64,000 bases of DNA from an uncultured Candidatus Saccharibacteria bacterium (GCA_964626705.1 CAZVGL010000001.1:87643-151642); one strand, 5' to 3'. Shown: positions 9,539 to 18,875, counted from the stretch's first letter. Notes: generated from the letters alone by a model not told the origin. Numbers and translations: made by a program.

Positions 9539-10123
9539 TTATTTAGAATTAGCGTAGTTAAACATCTTCTCTGGGAAGTCCCAGTTTACATTGTTTAAGA
9601 ATGCGTCTATGTATTTACCTTTTTCTGCTGGTAGATAGTCTACCATAAATGCATGCTCCCACATGTCCATTGCAAGGATTATTGGAAGTCCGGAAAGTGT
9701 ACCGAGTTCGTGGTCACCCGTCCATGCGATATGGGGAGTTTGTGCTTTAGGGTCCCAGTAGAGAACTGTCCAACCAATACCACGGCTTTTACCAACTGCT
9801 TTGAAGTGTTCTATGAACCCGTCCCATGAACCGTATTTCTCTGACAATACTTTTACAAGATCTGAATCTTGATTAACTTCTTTTGCTCCACCAACGAGCG
9901 CGCTGAAATAATATTCATGCATTCGCATACCGTCAAACTCAAAGCTAAATCTCCTACGAAGTTCTGCAACTACATAGTCATCCCCCTTAAGTTCCTGTAT
10001 CTTCTCGTGAATAAGGTTTACGTGCTTTACATACCCAGCATAAAGCCCCAAATGAGCTTTGATTTGTTCTTCAGATATTCCTTCTAATGTTCCTATATTA
10101 AATTGTTGTTCTTTATATGTCAT
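9539..10123 (-). CDS. sodA: Fe/Mn-family superoxide dismutase
   Basis: The C-terminal DMWEHAFMVDY matches the SOD D/H metal-ligand motif, and the internal MHEYYFSAL region carries a His ligand. The ORF track starts at a TTG at 10159. I placed the start at the ATG at 10123 (the ATG at 10132 is an alternative); the 5' end is uncertain. Confidence 0.72.
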   Translation of the reverse strand: MTYKEQQFNIGTLEGISEEQIKAHLGLYAGYVKHVNLIHEKIQELKGDDYVVAELRRRFSFEFDGMRMHEYYFSALVGGAKEVNQDSDLVKVLSEKYGSWDGFIEHFKAVGKSRGIGWTVLYWDPKAQTPHIAWTGDHELGTLSGLPIILAMDMWEHAFMVDYLPAEKGKYIDAFLNNVNWDFPEKMFNYANSK

Positions 10124-10146
10124 AAGGTACATTATATAATTTACTA

Positions 10147-11001
10147 ATGTCATATGCAAAAAAGAGTATAAAGCTTTATCTTTTACTAGGACTCTTCATA
10201 TTAAATATTTTTATTTGGTCTATTATTTTTGGATCTGAAGGTGGCAAGCTTACTGTTGCATTTTTAGATGTCGGGCAGGGGGACGCAGTATATATAGAAG
10301 CGCCAAATGGTAATCAAGTTCTTATAGATGCAGGAAGTAGTAAGGCGGTGTTGAGACAGTTGGGCAAAGTTATGCCGTTTTATGATCGCTCTATAGATGT
10401 AGTTATAGCGACTCACCCTGACAAAGATCATATCGGCGGGCTTCCAGATGTGCTAGCAAGATATGACGTGGATTTTATATTAGACTCTGGAAGAGCTGGT
10501 GCTAGTGCAACATATAAAGAACTTTATACGCTAGTAGATGCATTAGGCGTGCAAAGTATTCAAGCAAAACGTGGAATGGTAGTAATGTTAGATGACGATG
10601 TTCATTTAAATATTTTATTCCCTGATAGAGACGTGCCGGAGCTTGAGAGTAATACTGCATCTGTAATAGCACAGCTTGTGTATGGCGAGACGGAGTTTAT
10701 GCTCACGGGCGACTCGCCAAAAGCTATTGAGAGTTATTTGGTAATGTTAGACGGTGGAAACTTAGAAAGTGATGTATTAAAAGTAGGACACCATGGATCT
10801 AAGACTTCAAGCGCAGAGGTTTTTATAGGATATGTTCAACCAAAGTACTCTGTAATATCTGCAGACAGGAATAACAAATACGGACACCCACATAAAGAAG
10901 TCATAAATACATTAGAACAATTTGGCTCAGTAATATTAAGCACCGGAGATAGCGGAATAATAGTTTTTGAATCAGACGGAGAGAATGTTTTTCTTAAATA
11001 A
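10147..11001 (+). CDS. Stand-alone ComEC-type metallo-beta-lactamase-fold hydrolase with an N-terminal membrane anchor
   Basis: AFLDVGQGDAVYIEAPNGNQVLIDAG...ATHPDKDHIGG is the ComEC C-terminal MBL-domain signature. There is an N-terminal TM helix. Confidence 0.8.
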   Translation: MSYAKKSIKLYLLLGLFILNIFIWSIIFGSEGGKLTVAFLDVGQGDAVYIEAPNGNQVLIDAGSSKAVLRQLGKVMPFYDRSIDVVIATHPDKDHIGGLPDVLARYDVDFILDSGRAGASATYKELYTLVDALGVQSIQAKRGMVVMLDDDVHLNILFPDRDVPELESNTASVIAQLVYGETEFMLTGDSPKAIESYLVMLDGGNLESDVLKVGHHGSKTSSAEVFIGYVQPKYSVISADRNNKYGHPHKEVINTLEQFGSVILSTGDSGIIVFESDGENVFLK

Positions 11002-11033
11002 AAAATCTCCCTAATTAATTAGGGAGATTTTTA
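11001..11033. terminator. Bidirectional terminator between the MBL gene and rpmB
   Basis: AAAAATCTCCCTAATTAATTAGGGAGATTTTT is a perfect hairpin. Confidence 0.75.
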
Positions 11034-11270
11034 AATAAGTCCTGCTTTTTTTAATGTGGCGTAAGCACCGTTCTTTTTGATCGTCTTGATAGCTTTTGTT
11101 GAGATCTCAAGTATCATACTCTTTTTGAGTTCAGGTATATAAATTTTCTTTTTCTGGAGGTTTGGATACCTTCGTACTTTACCTACTGGGTTGAACTGGG
11201 TAGCACGAACACGGTTGCTGTATCTTCCAGCAACTTTCGAACCTTTTTGAGTTATCGGGCAAGTTTTCAT
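11031..11270 (-). CDS. rpmB: 50S ribosomal protein bL28
   Basis: MKTCPITQKGSKVAGRYSNRVRATQFNPVGKVRRYPNLQKK.. matches bL28. I placed the start at the internal Met (11268-11270). The 141-aa ORF-track version would overlap the next gene and carries an unrelated N-terminus. Confidence 0.85.
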   Translation of the reverse strand: MKTCPITQKGSKVAGRYSNRVRATQFNPVGKVRRYPNLQKKKIYIPELKKSMILEISTKAIKTIKKNGAYATLKKAGLI

Positions 11271-11312
11271 ATTTATGTTTGTTGGTTGATATGATATCAT
11301 AAAAGCTACTAT

Positions 11313-11963
11313 ATGCAACCTGATTTCATATTTATAATAATAATACTTATATTTTCCGTAGTGATACATGAAGTAGCACATGGTTATGCTGCTAACTACT
11401 TGGGCGACCCAACGGCGCGTTTGGCAGGCAGACTTACTCTTAACCCTATAAAACACTTGGATATGATGGGGTCTATTATTATCCCAGCCATACTTATACT
11501 CACAAGTGCTGGATTTATTTTTGGTTGGGCAAAGCCAGTACCATATAATCCGTATAATCTACGAAAGGGTGGCAAATGGGCAGAGGCGATAGTCGCAGGA
11601 GCAGGGCCAGCTTCGAACTTTCTTATAGCGATAATATTTGGGCTTTTGCTTAGGTTCGGTATCGTGTTTGGTTTTGCTACTGTACCTTTTATACAAATAG
11701 CTGGGATAATAGTTTTTGTAAACATAATGCTTGGCGTGTTTAACCTTATACCCATACCACCACTGGACGGCTCAAAGGTTCTTGCGGGCATACTTCCGTA
11801 TGATGCAGGGCAGGCATATAGAAGATTTCAAGACAATATATCTCGGTATGGTTTTATTGGAATAATCGGATTTTTATTTATATTTATCTGGATCCTTGGC
11901 CCTATTTTTGTAAAATTAGTTTCTTTAATCTTCTCACTCATAACAGGGTTGCCTTTCTTTTAG
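11313..11963 (+). CDS. Site-2 protease (M50)-like membrane Zn-metalloprotease (COG1994-type)
   Basis: HEVAH (HExxH) lies inside a TM helix and there are multiple TM segments; length 216 aa. Confidence 0.6.
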   Translation: MQPDFIFIIIILIFSVVIHEVAHGYAANYLGDPTARLAGRLTLNPIKHLDMMGSIIIPAILILTSAGFIFGWAKPVPYNPYNLRKGGKWAEAIVAGAGPASNFLIAIIFGLLLRFGIVFGFATVPFIQIAGIIVFVNIMLGVFNLIPIPPLDGSKVLAGILPYDAGQAYRRFQDNISRYGFIGIIGFLFIFIWILGPIFVKLVSLIFSLITGLPFF

Positions 11964-12132
11964 TACTTGACAAGATAGTCAAAGTGTGCTAGTATATAGG
12001 CATAATACATCGGGTGTTATTTGATCTTTTATTTTTTTGATTTTTTAGCCGAAAGGGGTTAAAAATGAAATATTTATTTACTTTACTTATTGTTGCGATT
12101 ACTTTTGTTTTTTCAACTCAAAATTCTTTTGC
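11901..12132 (+). repeat. 232-bp direct repeat, copy 1 (3' end of the protease gene + promoter + RBS + signal-peptide coding region)
   Basis: It is identical to 13021-13252 by visual alignment. Confidence 0.9.
11967..11995 (+). promoter_or_regulatory. Predicted sigma70-like promoter (TTGACA-N17-TAGTAT), copy 1
   Basis: Near-consensus hexamers lie inside the duplicated 232-bp block upstream of the 12065 gene. Confidence 0.5.
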
Positions 12133-12922
12133 ACTTGTTCCTCCTGTTGAAAGTTTTCAACAACAGGAAGTACAGACCTCTAATTCCACGAGCTGTTATT
12201 TGGAATTAGAAACAGCTTTAGAAGAATTCTGTAAGGATTTCGTAGTTGAGGGATCGGTTGTTGAAGTGTCTATAAATACTATAGACGCTAATCTTATTCG
12301 TTCGAGAGACGATTCCGATAGGGCTATAAGCTTGGAAGTGTCTGTAAATTCACAACAGAAAGTTATATTCTTTGATTCTCTAATGGATGATAAGAAGGAA
12401 GAGGATAGATTAAAAGAGAATTTAAGATTGCATTTTCTGGCAGAAGAATATGTTGCTGGAGCAACAGCTGAGAGAATTAATGAGATTTTACATGAAGTAG
12501 AAGAGATGGAAGAAGATATGCAGAACCTCTTTCGACAGATTAGTGGGGAGATGATGGACGATAAAAATAACGAAGATAGGTTAAAATTGATTCTAAAGTC
12601 TCGTTTAACAAGTCATTTTTCTCAAGATGAAAAAAATGAGGCTAGTGATTCTTTTAATACTCTATTAGATAAATTAGAGTATTTTGTAAAAGAGAATTCA
12701 TTAGAAGGATTGTCTTTCCAGGAATTAGGAGAGAAATACACTTTAATTCTTGATTACAGGAGCCAGATTTTTGGAAATCTAGAGTATGTAATACTGTATG
12801 AGACTGTTGGTCTCATTACTCTGGAGTGTGCTAAAGAATTACGGACGCAGTTAAATGAACTGTTATCCGGTTTCAAAGAAACTTCAGACCAAGTATTGCA
12901 AATCCTGAAAGAATCGAAGTAG
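12065..12922 (+). CDS. Secreted acidic coiled-coil protein of unknown function (paralog A)
   Basis: Signal peptide MKYLFTLLIVAITFVFSTQNSFA. The internal duplication MDDKKEEDRLKENLRLHF / MDDKNNEDRLKLILKSRL is visible. An RBS AAAGGGG precedes the ATG. Confidence 0.6.
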   Translation: MKYLFTLLIVAITFVFSTQNSFALVPPVESFQQQEVQTSNSTSCYLELETALEEFCKDFVVEGSVVEVSINTIDANLIRSRDDSDRAISLEVSVNSQQKVIFFDSLMDDKKEEDRLKENLRLHFLAEEYVAGATAERINEILHEVEEMEEDMQNLFRQISGEMMDDKNNEDRLKLILKSRLTSHFSQDEKNEASDSFNTLLDKLEYFVKENSLEGLSFQELGEKYTLILDYRSQIFGNLEYVILYETVGLITLECAKELRTQLNELLSGFKETSDQVLQILKESK

Positions 12923-13000
12923 TAAACTGCAGATGAAGAAGATAAGCAGCTAATGTAGTCCAATGTTGGATTTACCTCTTAGCTGTTTTATTTTTGTCTG

Positions 13001-13024
13001 TTGCACCCAAAAAGGGCACGCCGA
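13001..13024 (+). repeat. Truncated solo copy of the TTGCAC structured-repeat family (head only) abutting copy 2 of the 232-bp duplication
   Basis: TTGCACCCAAAAAGGGCACGCCGA matches the unit heads at 13648, 13707 and 21562. Confidence 0.7.
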
Positions 13025-13252
13025 TTTTTGTAAAATTAGTTTCTTTAATCTTCTCACTCATAACAGGGTTGCCTTTCTTTTAGTACTTGACAAGATAGTC
13101 AAAGTGTGCTAGTATATAGGCATAATACATCGGGTGTTATTTGATCTTTTATTTTTTTGATTTTTTAGCCGAAAGGGGTTAAAAATGAAATATTTATTTA
13201 CTTTACTTATTGTTGCGATTACTTTTGTTTTTTCAACTCAAAATTCTTTTGC
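13021..13252 (+). repeat. 232-bp direct repeat, copy 2
   Basis: It is identical to 11901-12132 and carries the same promoter (TTGACA at 13087, TAGTAT at 13110), RBS and signal-peptide codons. Confidence 0.9.
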
Positions 13253-13598
13253 TTTGAATCATACCAGTTTCGAAGGTCTCACAAAGGAGTCTTCCATAGA
13301 AGATGTGGAAAAGATGCTTGATAAAGAGATAAAAGTCATTAATAACAAAAAAATCAATTTAAATAAAGAAAATATTCTTGTAAACCTTAAAAAGGCAAAT
13401 AAGAGTGTCGCTGAAGCAAGAAGTATCCTTTCTGGCGCAATATCAGAGCGTTACAAGATAGCGCTAGAATATGTAAAAATTTTAGCTGAAGAATTTCCTA
13501 CTGTTTCAAAAAAGAGAAAGGTGGAGATATTGGAAACTGTAAGAAAGGCAAAAATGACAGAGGAATTCTTAGCGGAAAGGTTTAAGGTTAAAGAATAG
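13185..13598 (+). CDS. Secreted small helical protein of unknown function (paralog B; same signal peptide, unrelated mature part)
   Basis: The first 23 aa are identical to paralog A. It is followed by the terminator at 13611-13647. Confidence 0.6.
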   Translation: MKYLFTLLIVAITFVFSTQNSFALNHTSFEGLTKESSIEDVEKMLDKEIKVINNKKINLNKENILVNLKKANKSVAEARSILSGAISERYKIALEYVKILAEEFPTVSKKRKVEILETVRKAKMTEEFLAERFKVKE

Positions 13599-13610
13599 TT
13601 TGAGTTTTAA

Positions 13611-13647
13611 AGGACTTGATACCGCGTATGTATCAAGCCTTTTTTAT
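13611..13647 (+). terminator. Rho-independent terminator
   Basis: AGGACTTGATACCGCGTATGTATCAAGCCT followed by TTTTTT. Confidence 0.7.
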
Positions 13648-13889
13648 TTGCACCCAAAAAGGGTACTGCAATCTGCAAATCAATCACTACGTTCTTGAGC
13701 AAACCGTTGCACCCAAAGGGCACGCCGGTTTGTAGCTGATCACTCCGTTCTCAGACAAACCGTTGCACCCAAAGGGCACGCCGGTTTGTGGCCAATCGCT
13801 TTGCTCTTGGACAAACCGTTGCACCTAAAGGGCACTGCAATCTACAAATCAATCGCTATCGCTCTTGAGTAGATTGGTTGCATTTTTTT
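13648..13889 (+). repeat. Tandem array of four structured repeat units of 56-59 bp (order B-A-A-B) plus a terminal TTGCAT, immediately upstream of rpsL
   Basis: The units start at 13648, 13707, 13763 and 13819. Each begins TTGCACC(C/T)AAAGGG(C/T)AC and ends ...AAACCG / GATTGG. The A units carry the inverted repeat CGGTTTGT-N21-ACAAACCG. The final TTGCAT at 13878 can serve as a -35 for rpsL. Confidence 0.85.
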
Positions 13890-13948
13890 GGCTTTGTAGT
13901 ATATTGTATCTACTCGCTAAGCGGGTTTTTTTATAAAAATACAAAGAA

Positions 13949-14356
13949 ATGTCCACAATTAACCAATTGGTAAAAAAGAAGAGAAAAAAAGAAGCCACAA
14001 AGTCAAAGACTGTGGCGCTTTCACGTGGTTTTAATACATTGAAGAATAAGCCGGTTTTCTATAATTCACCATTTAAAAGAGGTGTATGTATAAAGGTAAT
14101 GACAAAGACTCCAAAGAAACCTAACTCTGCTGTGCGAAAGGTGGCAAGAGTGCGACTTACAAACGGTATGGAGGTTACTGCATATATTCCAGGAATGGGG
14201 CATAATTTGCAGGAGCACTCAGTAGTACTTCTGCGTGGTGGACGTGTAAAAGATATTGGACTACGATACACTGTGGTACGAGGAAAGCTTGACGCAGGTG
14301 GAGTAGAGAAAAGAAATAGAGGAAGAAGTAAGTACGGTACTAAAAAACCTAAATAA
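13949..14356 (+). CDS. rpsL: 30S ribosomal protein uS12
   Basis: [33 protein letters not shown]; length 135 aa. Confidence 0.96.
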   Translation: MSTINQLVKKKRKKEATKSKTVALSRGFNTLKNKPVFYNSPFKRGVCIKVMTKTPKKPNSAVRKVARVRLTNGMEVTAYIPGMGHNLQEHSVVLLRGGRVKDIGLRYTVVRGKLDAGGVEKRNRGRSKYGTKKPK

Positions 14357-14365
14357 ATTTAAATA

Positions 14366-14836
14366 ATGAGAAGAAAAATTAAAAGAAGAAAAGAGGTTGA
14401 TGGAGACTCAGTATATGGGTCTGTTAAACTTACTAAATTTATCAACTACGTAATGCAAGACGGTAAGAAAAACACTGCGCGTAAAGTAGTTTACGATACT
14501 CTTGAAGAGATAAAAACTAAAGAAAAGACAGATAAACCGGAGGTTCTTTTTGAAACAGCTCTTGATAATGTGGGGCCAAACATGGAAGTACGTTCACGAA
14601 GAGTAGGAGGTGCTAACTATCAGGTTCCTAGAGAAGTGCGTCCAGAAAGAAGGATGTTGCTTTCAATGCGATGGATAATAGGTGCAGCACAAGCAAAGAA
14701 AGGATCTCCTATGTATAAAAGGCTTGCAGAAGAGCTTATACTTGCTAGTAAAAACGAAGGTGAAGCATTCAAGAAGAAAGAAAACGTACACAAAATGGCA
14801 GAGTCTAACAAAGCCTTTGCACACTTTGCTTGGTAA
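14366..14836 (+). CDS. rpsG: 30S ribosomal protein uS7
   Basis: S7 family; length 156 aa; follows rpsL. Confidence 0.95.
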   Translation: MRRKIKRRKEVDGDSVYGSVKLTKFINYVMQDGKKNTARKVVYDTLEEIKTKEKTDKPEVLFETALDNVGPNMEVRSRRVGGANYQVPREVRPERRMLLSMRWIIGAAQAKKGSPMYKRLAEELILASKNEGEAFKKKENVHKMAESNKAFAHFAW

Positions 14837-14893
14837 TAAAATGTCCGGGGGCATTTTGTTCATGTTTTAATATTTTTAATTTAGATAACGTTT

Positions 14894-17038
14894 ATGGAAA
14901 GAGATTATCCACTAGAGAGAGTAAGAAACACAGGTATCATCGCACACATTGATGCCGGTAAAACTACGACAACAGAACGTGTGCTGTTTTATACTGGAGT
15001 ATCACACAAGATAGGAGAAGTGCACGAAGGAGAAGCTACTATGGACTGGATGGAGCAAGAGCAAGAGCGAGGTATTACTATTACTTCTGCTGCTACGACA
15101 GCTTTTTGGACTCCAACATATGCAGATAAAGGAGATGACAGTAATAAATATCGTTTTAATATTATCGACACACCAGGTCACGTGGACTTTACAGTGGAAG
15201 TAGAACGGTCTCTAAAGGTGCTTGATGGTGGAGTGGTGGTGTTTGATGGAGTAGCGGGAGTAGAACCACAGTCTGAAACTGTATGGCGACAGGCAGACAA
15301 ATACTCTGTACCAAGAATTTGTTTTATAAATAAAATAGATAGAACTGGTGCATCTTTCGAAAGGTCATACCAGACTATCTTAGACAGACTTACAAAAAAC
15401 GCAGTACGAATGCAGATACCTATAGGAGAAGAAGAAAATATGGAAGGTGTTGTGGACTTGCTTAAGATGAAAGCCTACTACTTTGAAGGTCAGATGGGTA
15501 TGGAAGTAAGAGAAGACGAAGTGCCAGAAAACTTAAAAGCTGAAGCAGAAAAGTTTAGAGGGGAACTTATAGAAAAAGCAGTTGAGAATGATGAAGTTCT
15601 TATGAATGACTATCTAGAAGGAAAAGAGATCCCAGTAGACAGCATAAAAAAAGCTATAAGAAAGGCAACAATTGCGAATCAGTTCGTGCCAGTGTTTACA
15701 GGTACTGCTTTGAAGAATAAAGGGGTACAGCTTGTGCTGGACGCTGTTATCGACTACTTGCCATCACCACTTGATATCCCGGCAGTTAAGGGTATTGATC
15801 CAAAGACAGAAGAAGAGATAGAAAGAAAAGCATCAGATGATGAGCCTTTTGCAGCACTTGCTTTCAAACTCCAGACGGATCCATTTGTAGGACAGCTTAC
15901 TTATTTCCGTGTGTATTCAGGTACGCTTGAAGCTGGTTCTTATGTTTACAATACAACAACAGGTAATAAAGAAAGAGTGGGACGAATCTTGCGTATGCAT
16001 GCCAACTCTCGTGAAGAAGTAAAGAAGGTTTATGCGGGAGAGATAGCGGCGGCTGTAGGACTTAAAGACACAAAGACCTCAGATACCTTGTCTGACGAGA
16101 CTAATCAAATAATATTAGATAGGATAGAGTTCCCAGAGCCCGTGGTAAACCTAAAGATAGAACCAAAGACAAAAGCCGACCAAGAGAAAATGGGTATCGC
16201 TCTTAAAAAACTTTCAGATGAAGATCCTACATTTAGAATATCTACAGATACCGAGACAATGGAAACTATTATTGCAGGTATGGGTGAGCTTCACTTGGAT
16301 ATTCTAGTAGACAGGATGAAAAGAGAGTTTAATGTAGAAGCAAATATCGGTAAGCCACAAGTAGCATATAAAGAAACTATTCAGAAAGAAGCAGAAGCAG
16401 AAGTAAAATACATAAAGCAGTCAGGTGGTCGCGGACAGTATGGTCATGTGAAGATTAAGATCAAGCCGCTTGAAGCTATAGAAGAAGATGCAAAGATACC
16501 TAAGAATGTTACAAGAGAAGAGGGGTATGAGTTTATAAACAGTATTAAAGGTGGAGTTATTCCTATGGAATACATACCTGCTGTTTCTAAGGGTGTTAAA
16601 GAAGGTATGCAAAGAGGTATTGTGGCGGGATATAAGCTTGTAGATATATCAGTAGACCTATTTGATGGTTCTTTCCATGATGTAGACTCATCTGAGATCG
16701 CTTTCAAGATCGCAGGGTCACAAGCGTTCCAGCAAGCAGCTGCAAAAGCAAAGCCTGTACTACTTGAACCTATTATGAAAGTAGAAGTGGTAACTCCAGA
16801 GCAGTTCATGGGAGACGTAACAGGTAACCTAAGTTCAAAACGTGGACAAGTAGAAAGTATGGAAGATAGGGGGATGCTAAAGGTGGTAAATGCTAAAGTA
16901 CCACTTTCAGAGATGTTTGGTTACACTACAACACTCCGCTCAATGACAGAAGGACGAGCATCGTCAACTATGGAGTTTGACCACTATGAAGTAGTGCCAC
17001 AAAATGTAGCAGAAGAGATCAAAGAAGCGAGAGGGTAA
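14894..17038 (+). CDS. fusA: Elongation factor G
   Basis: [21 protein letters not shown] and NKIDR motifs; length 714 aa. Confidence 0.97.
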   Translation: MERDYPLERVRNTGIIAHIDAGKTTTTERVLFYTGVSHKIGEVHEGEATMDWMEQEQERGITITSAATTAFWTPTYADKGDDSNKYRFNIIDTPGHVDFTVEVERSLKVLDGGVVVFDGVAGVEPQSETVWRQADKYSVPRICFINKIDRTGASFERSYQTILDRLTKNAVRMQIPIGEEENMEGVVDLLKMKAYYFEGQMGMEVREDEVPENLKAEAEKFRGELIEKAVENDEVLMNDYLEGKEIPVDSIKKAIRKATIANQFVPVFTGTALKNKGVQLVLDAVIDYLPSPLDIPAVKGIDPKTEEEIERKASDDEPFAALAFKLQTDPFVGQLTYFRVYSGTLEAGSYVYNTTTGNKERVGRILRMHANSREEVKKVYAGEIAAAVGLKDTKTSDTLSDETNQIILDRIEFPEPVVNLKIEPKTKADQEKMGIALKKLSDEDPTFRISTDTETMETIIAGMGELHLDILVDRMKREFNVEANIGKPQVAYKETIQKEAEAEVKYIKQSGGRGQYGHVKIKIKPLEAIEEDAKIPKNVTREEGYEFINSIKGGVIPMEYIPAVSKGVKEGMQRGIVAGYKLVDISVDLFDGSFHDVDSSEIAFKIAGSQAFQQAAAKAKPVLLEPIMKVEVVTPEQFMGDVTGNLSSKRGQVESMEDRGMLKVVNAKVPLSEMFGYTTTLRSMTEGRASSTMEFDHYEVVPQNVAEEIKEARG

Positions 17039-17066
17039 TATAATATAAAAAATGAAAATGATAAAA

Positions 17067-17105
17067 GGGAGCTAGGCACAAATGTGCTTAGCTCCCTTGT
17101 TGGTT
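17067..17105. terminator. Bidirectional terminator between fusA and the permease gene
   Basis: GGGAGCTAGGCACAAATGTGCTTAGCTCCC forms a 13/14-bp stem. Confidence 0.7.
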
Positions 17106-17122
17106 TAAAAAACAAATTAAAA

Positions 17123-18577
17123 TTAATATTTTGACAAGAATAACAATAAAGCAATACTCCCAGCGCAACTTATTATAATGAAGGGTATATACGGTAAATG
17201 TGTTCTAAACCTATATACTCCTTTACTTATACTCATTACTGCTACTCCTGCCACTGATCCGATTGGTAATAAATTACATCCTATCCCAGTAGAGAGAGCA
17301 AATAGAAGCCATTGTAATAGATTCATGTCCAGTTTATCTATGTTTAGTACGGCATATACTACTGGCACACTCCCAAATAGGGCAGAAAATGCACCCATTG
17401 AGATATTTACCGCAGTGTGGCTATACGAATCGTACAAGTTACCAACTACAGTTTCGAAGAAACCTATATACTCTAGACCACCTATCATAGGAAGAACGCC
17501 ACAAATAAACAGAAGAGCATCAAACTCTATTCTCTTTATTCGTCTCGAGACTATATTATCTTCTTCATCATTTTCATCATCGTCGGCAACTTCTTCTTTG
17601 CATTTTATTAACTTCATCATGTTTGGGATACCGCAAATAAAATGAAGAGCGTTGAAGTCTACTTCTTTACTTATGCTTTCCTCTTTAGATTTCCCATTTC
17701 GTCTCTTGTCTTTCATAAAGAACGATTTGGCTAAATATGTTAGACCACATAACATACCCAGATACGGAGGAAGGTGGAAGAAATGATGAAAACATACCCC
17801 TGTTCCTATTGTAAGAAGGAAGCATATCATTGCTCTATAAGCACCAGGTTTCATTTTGCGCACATTTAGTGATTCTTGACTCCCATTTCCTGGGCAACCT
17901 TTTGGGACAAACCAAACGGTGAGCATTGTGAATATAATCCAACAGACAATAGCGGGTGCGGCTAATGATTTTACAAATTCTGCAGTAGGTATTTTGTCTG
18001 CAACCCACAACATTAGAAGGGTGATATCTCCAAAAGGACTCCAAGCACCACCAGCATTAGATGCCAGTATAATACCAACACTCGTGGGTATTAGAAACTT
18101 TATGTTTTTTCTCTCAACTGTAAAAGCGACATTCGCCATAAGCATAGCGCTTGTCAGATTGTCCAAAACAGGAGACATACAAAACGTTAAAAACCCTGTC
18201 ATAACAAATAGCCATCTGTAACTACGCTGTTTCTTTTTTAGTCGGTCACTTAGATTATCGAAAACACCTAAATAAGTTAAGGTGTTAACATATATCATGG
18301 CGACCATAAGGAAGAAGAATAGCTCTCCTATGCTGGCTGTCATCTTAATTCTAAACCACTCATTGATTTCAGAATGATTTATAAACCCGTGTACTCCTAT
18401 ACAAAGCCAGATAATACCGGACGCAGACATTACTGGTATAAACTTATTAAGACTTATCGTCTTTTCAAGTATAACCAGAATGAATGCTGTCATTGCTATT
18501 CCTAATATGAAATAGCTCAGCATATGGTTCTCTAGCCATATACTACTGTTGATTAAATCGTTGTTGTGTATTTCCAT
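17123..18577 (-). CDS. ArsB/NhaD/CitMHS-superfamily ion transporter with a large central cytoplasmic loop
   Basis: About 12 TM helices and an acidic central loop (..EEVADDDENDEEDN..). The RBS AAAGGGGG lies 5 nt before the ATG at 18577; the ORF track begins 2 codons earlier. Confidence 0.5.
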   Translation of the reverse strand: MEIHNNDLINSSIWLENHMLSYFILGIAMTAFILVILEKTISLNKFIPVMSASGIIWLCIGVHGFINHSEINEWFRIKMTASIGELFFFLMVAMIYVNTLTYLGVFDNLSDRLKKKQRSYRWLFVMTGFLTFCMSPVLDNLTSAMLMANVAFTVERKNIKFLIPTSVGIILASNAGGAWSPFGDITLLMLWVADKIPTAEFVKSLAAPAIVCWIIFTMLTVWFVPKGCPGNGSQESLNVRKMKPGAYRAMICFLLTIGTGVCFHHFFHLPPYLGMLCGLTYLAKSFFMKDKRRNGKSKEESISKEVDFNALHFICGIPNMMKLIKCKEEVADDDENDEEDNIVSRRIKRIEFDALLFICGVLPMIGGLEYIGFFETVVGNLYDSYSHTAVNISMGAFSALFGSVPVVYAVLNIDKLDMNLLQWLLFALSTGIGCNLLPIGSVAGVAVMSISKGVYRFRTHLPYIPFIIISCAGSIALLLFLSKY

Positions 18578-18725
18578 ACACACCCCCTTTCAAAGAAGTT
18601 AAAGTGTAATTTTTAATTTAATTTTCGATTCTCAAGGTGCTGCAAACCTGCATAGTTGTAACATATTCAGCCCCTTGGCGCAATTATTCTGAACATGTGA
18701 ACGTCGCACGTCCAACTACAGGTAC

Positions 18726-18757
18726 TATGATTAACCCAAGTGGTACAGTTAACTGTA
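18726..18757 (+). promoter_or_regulatory. Perfect 14-bp stem-loop in a divergent intergenic region
   Basis: CCCAAGTGGTACAG-TTAA-CTGTACCACTTGGG. There is no convergent gene for it to terminate. Confidence 0.4.
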
Positions 18758-18875
18758 CCACTTGGGACTTTCTGTTTAATTTGCTATTTTTTGAGATTTT
18801 CGTAGACTTGTGAGTAGTAAGTTGTTTTTATCAAGATCTAATTTTTTTAAGAAATTTAGAGAAGGAGGTTTTAAG

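Noticed and set aside
10157-10159. TTG start for the SOD gene, as used by the ORF track (MHMTLVNYIMYLMTYK...)
   Set aside because: The extra 12 residues have no counterpart in Fe/Mn SODs and would place the start inside the next gene. The ATG at 10123 or 10132 is more plausible.
11271-11456. 141-aa version of rpmB with a Tyr/Lys-rich N-terminus
   Set aside because: The bL28 homology begins at the internal Met at 11270. The extension would overlap the divergent protease gene start.
13648-13889. CRISPR array (regular ~57-bp periodicity with a shared 17-20-nt block)
   Set aside because: The segments between the shared heads are not unique spacers. They are variants of the same two sequences, some with internal inverted repeats. 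The unit lengths vary (56, 60 and 72 bp), the heads are degenerate, no cas genes are nearby, and both arrays sit exactly at r-protein promoters.
13648-13889. Integron attC sites or a gene-cassette array (imperfect palindromic ~57-bp units flanking a cassette-like gene)
   Set aside because: The 7-bp ends (ACAAACC / GTTGCAC) do not match the attC core and inverse-core consensus GTTRRRY/RYYYAAC. No intI or attI is visible. I kept the cassette idea only as a hypothesis under the duplication finding.
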